In this document: positions 12,897-25,789 of the stretch, in pieces | How the letters are laid out: every line of letters starts with the position of its first letter | How positions within the stretch are numbered: position 1 is the stretch's first letter | Origin: Azolla caroliniana | Taxonomy: Eukaryota; Plantae; Polypodiophyta | Length of the DNA stretch: 64,000 bases | Reading direction: 5' to 3' | NCBI GenBank assembly: GCA_043228905.1 | Contig: JBHGNT010000012.1 | Coordinates: forward strand, 4,712,001 to 4,776,000 | Made by a program: the position numbers and the translations under genes | Notes under the pieces: generated by a model | Database searches by the model: none | The model's input: the letters and a program-made list of their open reading frames with translations, nothing else | What the model was told of the DNA's origin: nothing

Positions 12897-15307
12897 ACCG
12901 GTGCGTAGGAAGGACGGATTGGTGCGGAAATCGGGAGGCCATCGGGAAGATATTCCGCAAGGAATATATTTGGGAGTTAGTGTAGGGGATCCTTATGAGC
13001 ATTGAAGTACTGTCAGTACTTCTGTCAGTCCGAAAAGGACTTGTATAAAAGTGTTCATTGAACACACACGATGTACAGATCGAGTATTATTTTTGAATTA
13101 AGTTCTTGTGTTTACTCTCTCTCTGTCTCTCCTGTGCGTACTATGCAAACCTAAGTTTTCCATTAAACCTGCGTTTTCTGTTGTTCGGTTTCCTATATTG
13201 CTTCCGCACGCCATTCTTTTCGTGGTATCAGAGCGCGAGGGTTGAGAACCTCTGCAATCAACTTTGCTTGAAGGAAAAAAAAAAAATACAACGAAGAAGA
13301 ACAAGAAAACAGATGGACAGAGGAATGGCTAGCTCGCTTCCGACGGAGAAGCTCGACAGAACCAACTACGCATGTTGGTCCTACAAGATGCACCAGTACC
13401 TACTCGGACACGGTTATTGGAGCTATGTCGATAGAGCAAATGACACAGCACCCGATTCGACACACAAAGACTTCTTGGCGTGGGAACAATCGGCGAGCAG
13501 AGTGTTGTACTGTTTCACGTCTTGTGTGGTCGAACAGCTATTAAGCTACGTTTGGGATGCAAAAACGCCGAAGGGTGCATGGGAAAATCTGAAGAAGATC
13601 TTCGCCGCGAGCACCACAGCCAGGAAGGTTCAGCTTCGACAGGAGTTGAGCAACCTACGACAACGCGATTTGTCGATGGCTGACTATACCTCAAAGATCA
13701 AGGACATATGCGACTCCTTAGCTTCCATCGATGTGAACATCGAGGAAAGCGAGATGGTCCAGGTCTGTCTCGGGGGTTTGGCGTCAAAGTTCGGAGCGTT
13801 CCGAATTGCTGTGTGTACAGGGGAGAATACGCCATCGTTTTTTGACTTACAGTCGATGCTCCTTATAGAGGAGAACCACGCAGGTGCGTCAACAAACATG
13901 CATGCCGACAACAAGATGTTGTACATGGAGGGAGAGAGGCCCCGTGGTCATGGCGGACGAGGCGAGTCGGTACGCAATGGAGGCGGCCGACGGGATCAAG
14001 GAAGAAGGCACCGAAGTGATGCCGACAGCAATTCTGGACCCTCCGGAAACAGGGGGAGTCGAGGCGACGAGAACCGGCAAGGGAAATCCGCCACGGAATG
14101 CTGGTACTGTGGCAAGAAAGGCCATAGGGAGAGCGAGTGCAAGAAAAAGCGCACCGATTCAGAGAGAACCGGGTCCGGAACAGGTTCTGGACAGACCGAC
14201 AAAGGAAATCGACAACGATCGCACTATGCCGAAGGATCTGGAGAAGCCGGAAAAGGGTCAGTCTTCGTGACGAGACACGAAGCAAACTCAATGAAGAAGA
14301 TCACCCCGAAGTTGGAGGAGGTGTGGTACGTCGACTCTGGCGCATCAAACCACATGCGTGCCATGAGGAGTGGTTCTCATACCTTGAGAAACCGACGCAA
14401 CCAGGAGTAGTCGCAATCGGAGACGACACTCCGCATCCAATCGCGAATGTCGGTGAAGTTCCCTTGAGCTATGTCGGGCAGAAAGGGAAACTTATGAACG
14501 TGTTACACGTCCCGACAATCACGAAGAATCTGGTGTCGGTCGGGCAGATCGTCAACCAGGGGATGCAGGTTCAGTTTACACACCTCGGGTGCTTCATTGA
14601 GGAAGAAGGCCGTGTTATTGTGCAAGGGCCCAGAGATGGGAGGATGTTCATCCTCGACTCTACTGACGGTGGCATTGCAATGTTCGCGAAGGGACAAAAA
14701 GTTGAGTCAGACATCGACTTATGGCACAAACGGATAGGCCACGTCAACTATCAGCGGCTTCAGGACCTGCAATCGAAACAAGTGGTGTTCGGATTGCCCA
14801 AATTTAGTGGCCGGAAGGCACAAATTTGTGAAGCCTGCCAACTTGGGAGGCAACACCAACTTCCCTTCCCCAACGAGCGTAACCGGAGCCGGAACAAGCT
14901 TGACTTGATACACTCCGATGTGTGGGGGCCGGCACAAAATGTTAGTCTTGGCGGGAGCCGATATTTCGTCTCCTTCATCGACGACTACACGTGGCACACG
15001 TGGATCTACCTCATTGAGAGGAAGAGCAAAGTCTTCAACTATTTCCGGGACCTCAAAGGGTTCGTGGAAATGGAAACAGGAAGGAAGATCAAGTGCCTGC
15101 GGTCGGATGGCGGAAAAGAATACTTTTCCGGTTAATTCAACGATTATCTACAACAGACAGGAATTCGGCGCGAATTCAGTTGTAGATACACGCCGGAGCA
15201 AAACGGCATGGCCGAGAGAAAAATCGGTCGATTGTGGAAGCGGCGTGGGCAATGCTAGAAGAAAAGAGCTTGCCCAAGTTCTATTGGGCCGAGGCAGTAC
15301 GAACCGC

Positions 15308-16391
15308 TGTCGTGACGTGGCCCGCCTAGAAGCGTAGCGTTGCGCACACAAAGGATAACATGAAAGTGAGGAAGGAATCACTAGGATTATGGACGGAAGA
15401 GACGAAAGAGTAGAGATGGAGTGAATAGAGATCAATAAGATATGACAAAATAGGATTTTTAAGGAATATAAGATAAGACAAGATAAGATATAAAATAATA
15501 TATGAGAAAGTGTATGAAATTTATAATCATTTTCATGAAAGAGTTACAAAATGATTGTACACGTCGTTGAACCTCCGAACTTTGTCTTGCAAGGTAATCG
15601 CTCTTCTCTTTCTTGATCGTAGACCACTACAATCTTCACTTCAATATTTTGATGAAAATAAGGCTCGAACCGCCTCCCTCTTGTTGAGAGTTGACCACCA
15701 CGACCGCCAAGCTAGAGCTCCACCTTTATCTTAAACTTCTTCCTTTCTTTCTCCATTTTATGGTATCTCTTATGTAATATATATTTGATTGATATCTCAT
15801 ACACCTTCCCTTTTGATCTTCTCTTTCACCATTTAAATAGGTGCCCCCATGCATATGATGCATTGGAGGGTACAAGTCATGCATGTGATGCATGATAAAC
15901 ATCTCGCTCATTTGAGCTTTTATGTATGAAACAATATATGCAATAACAATAAACATGAAAATATGATCTCAAAGAGAAAGGGCCTAGCCTAATGGTAGGT
16001 GTGTTGACTTTGGTGTATGAGGTTGTGGGTTTGAGTCTCAAAATGCTATTGAATACAACATATAACTTTATTTTTATATCATGAAGCAAATCCTTTATGT
16101 AATATAAAGTATATATAAAGTATGCTTTATTTTATGTATATTACTAGTATAGAGTAAATGGTAAGATTTGAGAGTCATAGGGTGGGGTTATTGGTTCAAG
16201 TCCTCTCTTGTTCGTGTAATATAATATATTTATCTATATATATATATATATAATTTTTCTTTACATATATATCTAATATTATCATGTGCTGTTAATATTA
16301 TCTTTATATATAAAACATTATCAAATGTTATTTTAGTTACGTATTTATCTTATTGTAGATTTTTAATGTGAAGCTTTCGTACTTCACGACA
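15308..16391 (-). mobile_element. Solo LTR (4-bp TSD class) with three tRNA-like modules
   Basis: TGTCGTGA...TCACGACA, TSD CCGC/TTGC; removal restores integrase VRTAVYI. Reverse-complement homology to 17203-18124. Confidence 0.85.
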
Positions 16392-17202
16392 TTGCGGTAT
16401 ACATCTAGAACCGGATCGGAGACAAAGTGTCGGCGCATGAGCTATATTTCGGAACGAAGCCGAACTTGCGACACTTACGAGTTTTCGGTAGCATTGCGTA
16501 TGTGCATGTGCCGAAGGAGAAACGGAGGAAGCTGGACGCAAAGGTCGAGAAATGTATCTTGGTCGATTACTCGGACGAGCAGAAGGGTTATAAGTGTTAT
16601 AACCCGCGCACCAAACAAGCGCGTGTGAGCTGCGAAGTTGTGTTTGACGAGTCCGCATCTTGGTACTTGCCTTCGACTCCAGACCTCACCTCCAATCCGA
16701 GTTCTGACGATGAGGTCAGCGAGGCCGAGATGCCTCCGGATGAGCCGGAAATCGGGACCCGTGAAGAGAGTCCGATTTTGTTTTGGTTAAGTGGACCGAA
16801 TGAACGACTACGTCGGTTCGACTAGTCCGATCAAGAGCCGGCAAGTAGTGGAGACTCTGTCATGCATTCCCCACGCAAGAAGCTGAGGAGACGGCTTACG
16901 CGCAAAGAGAAAGGGAAGAAGAACGTGCCGGATTACGGCATGGATAGGAACGAGTCAGACCGACGCAAGTCCGACTCCGAGGGCAGCGGTGACGGGTCTT
17001 CAAGAGCGAAGTCCGCGTCGGCCGAGAAGACCTCGACATCAACTAATGACCGATTACGCCGATCTACCTGCCAGAAGAACCCAGTTGTGCGGTTCGGATA
17101 CAACGAGTACATGGCGCATCATTATGTGAACATGACCCGTGTAGCGGAAGTGCGTGAGCCGGATAGCTACGCAGAAGCGGCTAAGGACGCGAATTGGCAC
17201 GC

Positions 17203-18124
17203 TGTCGTGAAGGATTTGCTTCACGATATAAAAATAAATTTAAATATTGAATTCAATAATATTTCAAACACTTGAACCTACAACCTTATAAGCCAAGCAC
17301 AATGTATATACCACTAGGGTAGGCTATTTGTTTTTAGAAATGTTGTCAACAATGTGCTTCACTATATAAGAATAAACTTAAATATTGTATTAAGTAAAAT
17401 TGAGGGACTTGAACCCTCAACCTTGTATATCAAGCACAAAGCATACACCACTAAGCTAGATTATTTGTTTTAGGGTTATATCCATCATAATACTTATCAC
17501 AATATATGGGAGCTCAAATGAGCATGATGGCTATCATGCATCACATGCAATGCATGTGCGCCAAATGGCGATCATGCATCAGATGTAACTCATGCATTAC
17601 ATGCATGCCATTACCATATGCATGGAAATACTTATAAAAAGAGGGGATAGGAAAACAAAAGGGAATCAATCAAGGGAGAGAGGAAAAATAATACAATCAA
17701 GTAAAGAAGACTAGCTCATTGGGTGGAGAACCTCTCGTTTCGAAGTTGAGGTCGTGGGTTCAAATCAAGGGTCGGTAGAGAATGTGTTCAGTTTGCGATC
17801 AAGGATTGTAAAGTTGGTAAAATATTGTCTTTCTAATATACATCATGTTTATATCAAATACTCTTGCTTCTTGATTCATACTTTGTCTCAATCTTCCTTA
17901 TTAAATCATATTTTGTCTCTATCTTGCTTCTTGAATCATATATTGTCTCTATCTTCTATCTATTCTCATCTCTCTCTCTCACACACATTACTTGAAACTC
18001 TTCTTCTTGCTACTCTTAACCTTTCTAACATCACCATACAAGCCTTATTAAAATTTAAGTTCCTTCAACTCCCCTTAACCTTCGTCCTTGCGACTTCGCC
18101 GCACGAACCACAACTACCCCGACA
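17203..18124 (+). mobile_element. Solo LTR (4-bp TSD class) with three tRNA-like modules
   Basis: TGTCGTGA...CCGACA, TSD ACGC/GCGC; removal restores NWRAAMEEE. TATA-like TATAAAA near 17633. Confidence 0.87.
17402..17458 (-). other. tRNA-like module (A box, anticodon-like arm, T arm/B box; no acceptor stem) inside an LTR
   Basis: Minus strand reads TAGCTTAGTGG...TTGTG-CTTGATA-TACAA...GAGGG-TTCAAGT-CCCTC, a perfect 5-bp T stem with a 7-nt loop. Confidence 0.7.
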
Positions 18125-20989
18125 GCGCCGCGATGGAGGAAGAGATGCATGCATTGGCGGTAAACGAGACCTGGGATCTGGTTGACACACCGAAGGGTGT
18201 GAAGCCGATCGAATGTAGGTGGGTGTACAAGTTCAAGTACAACACCGATGGCTCGGTCAACCGATACAAGGCCCGGTTAATGGCAAAAGGCTACGCGTAG
18301 AAACACGGCATCAACTACGATGAGACGTTTGCGCCGGTCGCGAAGATGACGACCCTTCGTGTTTTGCTTGCGGTAGTCGCGGCAAAGGGGTGGCACTTAC
18401 ATCAGATGGATGTAAAGAATGCATTCCTACAAGGTGAGCTTGAGGAACAGGTGTACATGGTACAACCCCCCGGGTTTCACTGCGGAACGAACACGTCGGC
18501 AGTGTGTTGATTGAAGAAGTCCCTTTACGGACTAAAGCAAGCCCTGCGTGCCTGGAACACGAAGATCACGCAGCAACTACATCGGATGGGCTTTGCAACG
18601 TCAAAATCGAACTCTTCCCTGTTCATCCGGAAAGGTCGACTTTGTCCGGTTAGTATTTTACTATATGTTGATGACTTGGTCATCACCGGCGCCAACCTAG
18701 ATGAAATCGACCGCGTGAAGCTCCAGTTTGCGGCATCATTCGACATGAAGGATCTGGGTGACCTCCATTACTTCCTCAGGATCGAAGTGATCCACACCTC
18801 CGAAGGCATACTGATCAGCCAACGTTATTACGCGCTGAATATGCTCTTCAAATTCGGGATGGTAGACTGTAAGTCTATCTCGACTCCTCTGGATAGAACC
18901 GTCAATCTTCGCCCCAATTCCGAAAAGGTATGTGACCCGACGAGGTTCCGACAAATTGTCGGAAGCCTTATCTACTTGACAATCACCTGACCCGATCTCA
19001 GTTATCCGGTCGGTGTGATCAGTCAGTTCATGGCGCGACCTACCGAGGAGCACCTTCAGTGTGCGCAACGCGTACTGCGGTACGTAAGCGGCACTAAGGA
19101 CCGGGGACTACTATATCAGACAGGTACAACCTCGCCGTTGGTCGGCTACACCGATGTTGATTGGGCTGGCAACGCCGCCGATCGCCAATCCACATCTGGA
19201 TACGCATTCTCTCTTGGGAGTGCTGCGATTGCGTGGAGCAATAAGAAGTAGCCGACAGTTGCACTGTCGATCACTGAAGCTGAGTATAGAGGAGCGGCTG
19301 TCGCGACATGCGAAGCCATATGGTTGAAGCGGCTACTTAAGGACCTGCAAGAGGAGGTGTCCGATCCGACGACGATCTACAACGATAACCTCAGCAGCAT
19401 CCAACTCGCGAAGAACCCCGTTTTCCACGCATGGACCAAGCACATTGAGGTACACTACCATTTTGTCCGTGAGCGTGTCCTTTCTGGTGAAGTCGAACTT
19501 CAGTATGTTCCGACGGATCGGCAAACTGCCGACATCTTCACCAAGCCCCTTGGTTTGGACAAGTTGCGGCAATTCTCGGGTGCGCTTGGGTTGCGTCACC
19601 TCGACGTGCCAAACTTGAGGGGGAGAACAGTCTCGAAAGACCGAGCAAGAGAGCAGGAAGGGAGCGGAAGAGGCCGCGACACCGAGTCGAATGACGAATT
19701 CGACTTCGGATCAGCTGACAAAGCCGAGGGCGGATCTGCGGAAGAGTCCAAAAGCAGACATAAGGGGCAACCAAAAGATAGAGCCGAAGCCAACCAAGCA
19801 TGGGGGAGATGACGCCGTCAAGGGTGAGAAGACCGAAGATGAGTTAGAGACAGCCAACTCGGATGAGAGCGAAAACCTATCAGAGGTAGCCGAGTCGGTT
19901 CAGATGTTTGATTCGGATACACTAAATCAACCGAGGGCCAAGCGGAAAAGAAGGCAGTAGGAGAAGCGCCAACACCGCGACAACAAGGGAGCTATGAAGG
20001 GCCGTGGGAGCAGACAAGCCGACCGGAAGGGTCGAAGTGCGCGGAGTTGAACATGTCGAGGAGCGCAAGCGAGGCGTGGAGCCAGGAGGAACTGGAGCGG
20101 TGATCCGGAAGATCCCGAAGAGCCTCAAGTTGAGCTTGAGGGGGAGTGTTGAGAGACAAGCTCAACATCGGCCGGATCGGTTGAGCAAGTCGAGGACCGG
20201 ATCGGTTGGGATCGATCGGTTAGTCCGGATCGGTTGGAAACCGGTACGCATACCGATACGTAGGAAGGCCGGATCGGTGTGTGGAAACTGGGAGGCCATC
20301 GGAAAGATATTCCGCAAGGAATATATTTGGGAGTTAGTGTAGGGGCTCCTTATGAGCATTGAAGTACAGTCAGTACTTCTGTCAGTCCAAAAAGGACTTG
20401 TATAAAAGTGTTCATTGAACACACACGATGTACAGATCGAGTATTATTTTTGAATTAAGTTCTTGTGTTTACTCTCTCTCTGTCTCTCCCGTGCGTACTA
20501 TGCAAACCTAAGCTTTCCATTAAACCTGTGTTTTCTGTTGTTCGGTTTTCCTATATTGCTTCTGCACGCCATTCTTTTCATGTGTCATAGAGTGACCTCA
20601 CATCAAGTGGGTCAAGCCCTACGTTCTCAACACAATTGTGGCTAAGATTGTTTCATTATGTAATGAAATCGAACTCACCAACGGGGATGTCAACAATAAA
20701 AATTTGTTGAAAAAGGGAGGGTGATAACGCCATTCTCACAAAAATGTGAGGACGGCCACCAAGATCCTTTCCCTGAAAAGGAAAACATTCGATATTGAAA
20801 TCATGTAATAACCTATATACACATATGTATATTATCACATATATACAATCAAATACGTATACATGTGACCACATATGCATATATAAAAGAAATCATCATA
20901 TAAAATAGCCAAAAATGATGTAATCGAGATACGTAATCGAGGGATATTACCTCTATGCACACGAAACATCTAAAAATAAGGGTTAATCG

Positions 20990-22060
20990 TGTTGCAAAAT
21001 GTGGAATATTGCTCGGTCACAACCGAGTCTTAGATCATTTTGTTTCGAATCGAAAAACACCGAGAATGGGAATGGAGGATAAATACACATATATGCACAC
21101 ACGCTGTAAACAAGAGTGTACACAAGATGTTAACGTGGAAAACCCTAAGAGGGGAAAACCACGGGAGCCCACAGACTCCGAACTACCACTGTCAAAAGAA
21201 TACAATAGGGGCAAAGAGGCAACGACCTCATGCTCACACTCTTCGCCTGGCGGCGGTTACAACAGAGAATCGCGTTGTATCTCTCTCTCTCCCTATACAA
21301 TAGTGTTAAGTAATTAGGTAATTAACTAGGGTTAATTAGAGACTAATTATATGGTTACGTTAAGCAGCGGAAGTTTAATATGATATGCGCGTGAGAGTGT
21401 GTGAGAGGAAGAGAGAGAGAGGAAGTTACACTTGAACACAAAGATAAATGGGGGATGATTGACTATATTGAAAAGTGTCATCAACTACAAAAATACCCAC
21501 AATGAGGTATATATACAACCCATGTGCAAAGGTGCACATGTGTGGGTAGAACATAGGTACTTATGTGTAAGTCCTATATTAAATGTACTAAGGAGTGGAG
21601 GATCTAGAATATCCCACTTAAGTACAAGGTCCTATTTAAGGCTTAAGGTCAACACATTAACTAGATTCGATCTAGGTAACTACTAAGTTACATGTGTTGA
21701 CTAACTAGATTAAACTAGCTGAGCTGGATATCTCAACAAGTAGTTACAACAACAACAACAAAGAATGACCAACCCACATAAGTGTTTGCCCTAGGTCATA
21801 TTTATACTAATATGACATTAGGACTATTTACAAATATAGCCCTAATGGGCCCTCAGAAACATATTTACCTATATGTCCCTTCATCCAGTGAGAGGTTCTC
21901 ACCGGGCCTGCATCATCCGGTTCTCACTGGGTCTTCCTTGCCGGGTACTCATCATCCGGTTCTCACTGGGTCTTCCTTGCCGGGTACTCATCATCCGGTT
22001 CTCACCGGGTCTTCCTTGCCGGGTACTCATATCCCATCCGGAGGGACCGAAATCCTAATA
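20990..22060 (-). mobile_element. Solo LTR (family of 47163-47879) containing a nested solo LTR and a 39-bp tandem repeat
   Basis: TSD AATCG/AATTG; shares TCCCTCCGGATGGG and CTCGGTTGTG.CCGAGC with 47163-47879; about 3 copies of a 39-bp unit at 21911-22027. Confidence 0.8.
21304..21738 (-). mobile_element. Solo LTR (family of 1-388, 25335-25789, 58477-58964)
   Basis: TGTTAAG...CTCAACA, TSD AATAG/AGTAG. Confidence 0.85.
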
Positions 22061-24928
22061 AATTGTAATACGCAATTGAGGTATTGACCTCATATGCATA
22101 CGACACCAAACGCATATCATTTGCATACAAATCAAGGTAATGACCTCATACGCAAATATAACATATGTTTGTGAACATAATACGTAATTGAGGTATTAAC
22201 CTCGTACGCATACGACACTAATCACATATTAAATATATGTCAAATTAGGTATTGACCTCGTGCACATATGTAAACGTTTTATATAACCAATTAATTACCA
22301 CTACAACATCATTGAATTAATGAAAAAAATTACATATAGACTATATACATGATTAGATGGGATTAGAAAAAAAAGAAAAAAAGCGAGGAAAGAGTTACTG
22401 AAGTTCTTTGTTGATCGTTGTCTGGATCAAGGCCCACCGCCCATCGATCGATCACCATCAATCAAGAACACCAAGAAAACAAAAGAAACATTAGAACATG
22501 AGCTCGGATACCAACTATTAGAGATATGCCCTAATGTAAGCATATGATAAGGATAAATGATAGATCTAGATAGAAAGGAGAGAGAGAAAGACGGGTGCAG
22601 ATCCACCTGCTCACCTCCGAGCAAAGGGATCGAGACGGACTCGAGCCTCGATCGGCGTCTAATACCATCGTCGTAGCGTCGAGTCGTACCTGGTGCTGGC
22701 GCGATCACTACAAGAGTTGACCCACCACAAGAACAGAGTCTCGACGTAGTCAAAAGATGATGAAATGAGGGTAGCTAGGCCTCTTATTTATAGCGATACC
22801 CAAAGCCCCCAGGCAAGTTCACACTTGGCCTAATGGGTTGTCTCAATCCCGATGATTAAAGGTAATCCTCCCCTTCTTTACCCTCTCGTTTAACCCTCAC
22901 ACTTATCCACGTGTATAGAATACTACGGTAAATTCTCACCACGGGATATTATATGGTCATGCCCGTAACACGTCTAGTGAAGAGTTCCCTAAGCCCACGA
23001 TAATGACGTCTGCAGCGATGGCATCGGCTACACCGACCCCTATCAAGCGTAATAGTGTGAATAAAAGATAACAAAAGCACGCTCGAGATTATATTCTCTC
23101 TCCCTCACTCATCAACTCCACTCTTGATACTAAGGTTTCCAATACTAAGGTATCATCTCTTCAAAAGAAAAAAAGAAAAAAAGAAGCCAAAAATACCCAT
23201 AGTAGGATGTTGAACTTATACTGTCATGAATTACCACTAGACTAAATGCCCTTACAAGGAAGAGATTTATCCATCATTTTGTGGTAGAAAGGTAATTCAG
23301 CTTGATCCGCCATGATAAAAACCTCAACTTTATTTTCTTCTTCTCCTACTCACTGATTATCAACCAACAGACTGAGAATTGAATCATTCATTGATTGAAA
23401 ATAAGAAGGGTAAGGGCGTCTTTACTGGAAAAAGTTTTGGTGGATTGGAGGGGTAAGGGATACCCCTCACAAACTATTACAAGGGGCATTTCTGGAATCT
23501 AACTCGAGACCTCTCGTGCCCGAAGTGAGAATCATACCTCTAAACAAAATGCCCTTACAAGGACGAGATTTTGGAGGATTGGACGGGTAAGGGATACCCC
23601 TCACAAACTATTACAAGGGGCATTTCTAGAATCGAACTCCAGACCTCTCACGCCCGAAGTGAGAATCATACCGTTAGACTAAATACCCCTCACCTTCCTT
23701 TCACAAGAATGAATATTTTGACAATTGAAGGGGTACTATTACAAGGGGCATTTCAAGAATTGAAATTGAGACCTCTCACACCCGAAGCGAGAATCATACA
23801 ACTAGACCAAATGCCCTTACAAGGGAAGATTTTTTGGAGGATTGAAGAAGGGGCATTTTGGGAATCGAACTCGAGACCTCTCACGCCCAAATCAACAATC
23901 ATACCAGTAAACTAAATGTTCTTACAAGGAAACAATTTGGGAGGATTGGAGGGGTAAGGGATACCCCTCATAAACTATTCCAAAGATTTTGGAGGAATGG
24001 AGGGGTAAGGGATACCCCTCACAAACTATTACAAGGGGCATTTCTAGAATCGAACTCGAGACCTCTCACGCCTGAAGCAAGAATCATACCACTAAACAAA
24101 ATGCCCTTACAAGGAAGAGATTTTGGAGGATTGAAGGGGTAAGGGATACCCCCCACGAACTATTACAATGGGCATTTCTAGAATCTAACTCAAGACCTCT
24201 CGCACCCGAAGCGAGAATCATACCACTAAACTAAATGCACGAACTATTACAATGGACATTTCTAGAATCTAACTCAAGACCTCTCGCACCCGAAGTGAGA
24301 ATCATACCACTAAACTAAATGTCCTTACAAGGAAGAGACTATGGAGGATTGGACAAGGATACCCCTCACATTTTCGAGAATTGGAGGGGTAATGGATACA
24401 CCTCAAAAACTATTACAAGGGGCATTTCTAGAATCGAACTCAAGACCTCTCGCGCTCGAAGTGAGAACCGTACTACTACACCAAATGCCCGTATAGGGGA
24501 TACCCCTCACAAGGAATTTTTTTTGGAGGATTGAACATGGCGCATTTCGAGAATCATTCTCGAGACCACGCGCACCCGAAGCGAGAATCATACCACTAGA
24601 CCAAATGCCCTGAGAAGGGAAGATTTTTTGGAGGATTGAACAAGGGGCATTTCGAGAATCGAACTCGATACCCCTCGCACCCGAAGCGAGAATCCCACTA
24701 GACCAAATGCCCTTACAAGGGAAGATTTTTTGGAGGATTGAACAAGGGGCATTTCGAGAAGCGAGAATCATACCACTAGACCAAATGCCCTAAAAAGAGA
24801 AGATATTTTGGAGGATTGAACAAGGGGCATTTCAAGAATAGAACTCAAGACCTCTCACACCCGAAGCGAGAATCATACCACTAGACCAAATGCCCTAAAA
24901 AGAGAAGATATTTTGGAGGATTGAATAA

Positions 24929-25000
24929 GGGGCATTTCGAGAATCGAACTCGAGACCTCTCGCACCCGAAGCGAGAATCATACCACTAGACCAAATGCCC
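24929..25000 (-). tRNA. trnP-CGG: tRNA-Pro(CGG), best-preserved array copy
   Basis: 72 nt GGGCATTTGGTCTAGTGGTATGATTCTCGCTTCGGGTGCGAGAGGTCTCGAGTTCGATTCTCGAAATGCCCC. Acceptor, anticodon and T stems all pair; T5 run downstream at 24901-24897. Confidence 0.85.
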
Positions 25001-25334
25001 TTACAAGGGAAGATTTTTTGGAGGATTGAATAAGTGGCATTTCGAGAATCCAACTCAAGACCTCTGACACCTGAAGCGAAAATCATACCACTAGACAAAA
25101 AGCCACAAGGAACAAATTTTGGATTATTGAACAAGGGGCATTTCAAGAATAGAACTCGAGACCTCTAGCACCCGAAGCGAGAATCATACCACTACACCAA
25201 ATGCCCTTACAAGGGAAGATGTTTTGGAGGATTGAACAAGGGGTGTTTCGGGAATCGAACTTGAGACCTCTCGCGCCCGAAGCGAGAATCATACCACTAA
25301 ACTAAATGTCCTTACAAGGAAGAGATTTTGAAGG

Positions 25335-25789
25335 TGTTAAAAATTAGGTAAGTAATTATGCAAGGGTTAATTAGTACTTAATTATGTGATGAGTTGATAA
25401 GTGGAAGATTAAGTGATATGTGTGTGTATATGTGTGAGAGGAAGTGAGAGAGAGAGAGATAGAGAGAGATACACTTATGAACAACACAAGATGGGGGATG
25501 AGTAACTATATTAAATTAGCATTATTATCATCAAATACAAAAATACCCACAATGAGGTATATATACATCTCATGTGCAAAGGTCCACATGTGTGAGTAGA
25601 ATATAGGTACTAAGGTGTAAGTCCTATATTAAATGTACTTAGGAGTGGAGGATCTAGAATATCCCACTTAAGTACAAAGTCCTATTTAAGGCATTATAGT
25701 CAACACTCCTAACTAGATTCTATCTAGGTAACTACGAAGTTACATGGTTGACTAACTAACTAAACTAAGTTGAGCTTGATCTCTCTACA
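25335..25789 (-). mobile_element. Solo LTR inserted in a spacer of the tRNA array
   Basis: TGTTAAAA...CTCTACA; flanks GAAGG/AGAGG both derive from the array consensus GGAGG. Confidence 0.85.

Larger units (their letters stand above)
13326..19630 (+). pseudogene. Copia gag-pol, disrupted
   Basis: ORF fragments 13106-14410, 14137-15135, 16427-16825, 16862-17202 and 18129-19630, with TAG/TGA stops at Trp/Gln/Arg positions and two solo-LTR insertions. Confidence 0.88.
12173..20580 (+). mobile_element. Full-length Ty1/Copia element (Bryco/Lyco-like by inference) with three nested solo LTRs
   Basis: LTRs 12173-13222 (interrupted) and 20147-20580, TSD TGTGT both sides, PBS TGGTATCAGAGC 13223-13234, PPT 20138-20146. 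Domain order gag (CWYCGKKGHRESEC), PR (WYVDSGAS), INT (HSDVWGP), RT (YVDD), RNase H (KHIEV..HF). Confidence 0.93.
393..22970 (-). mobile_element. Ty3/Gypsy chromovirus (Tcn1-like by inference), degenerate, hosting nested insertions
   Basis: 5' LTR 22970-22516 (TGTTACGGGC...TAATA) and PBS TGGTATCCGAGC (22513-22502, tRNA-iMet). Also a long leader, gag remnant ~11119-11340, CCHC knuckle CVFCKKKGHTKEQC, protease LFDSGS, RT FLDD, RNase H, integrase and C-terminal chromodomain (FKIKW..ATWE). Confidence 0.85.

Noticed and set aside
17402-17458. A functional tRNA-Ser(UGA) gene in the LTR
   Set aside because: No acceptor-stem pairing and no long variable arm; reported only as a tRNA-like module.
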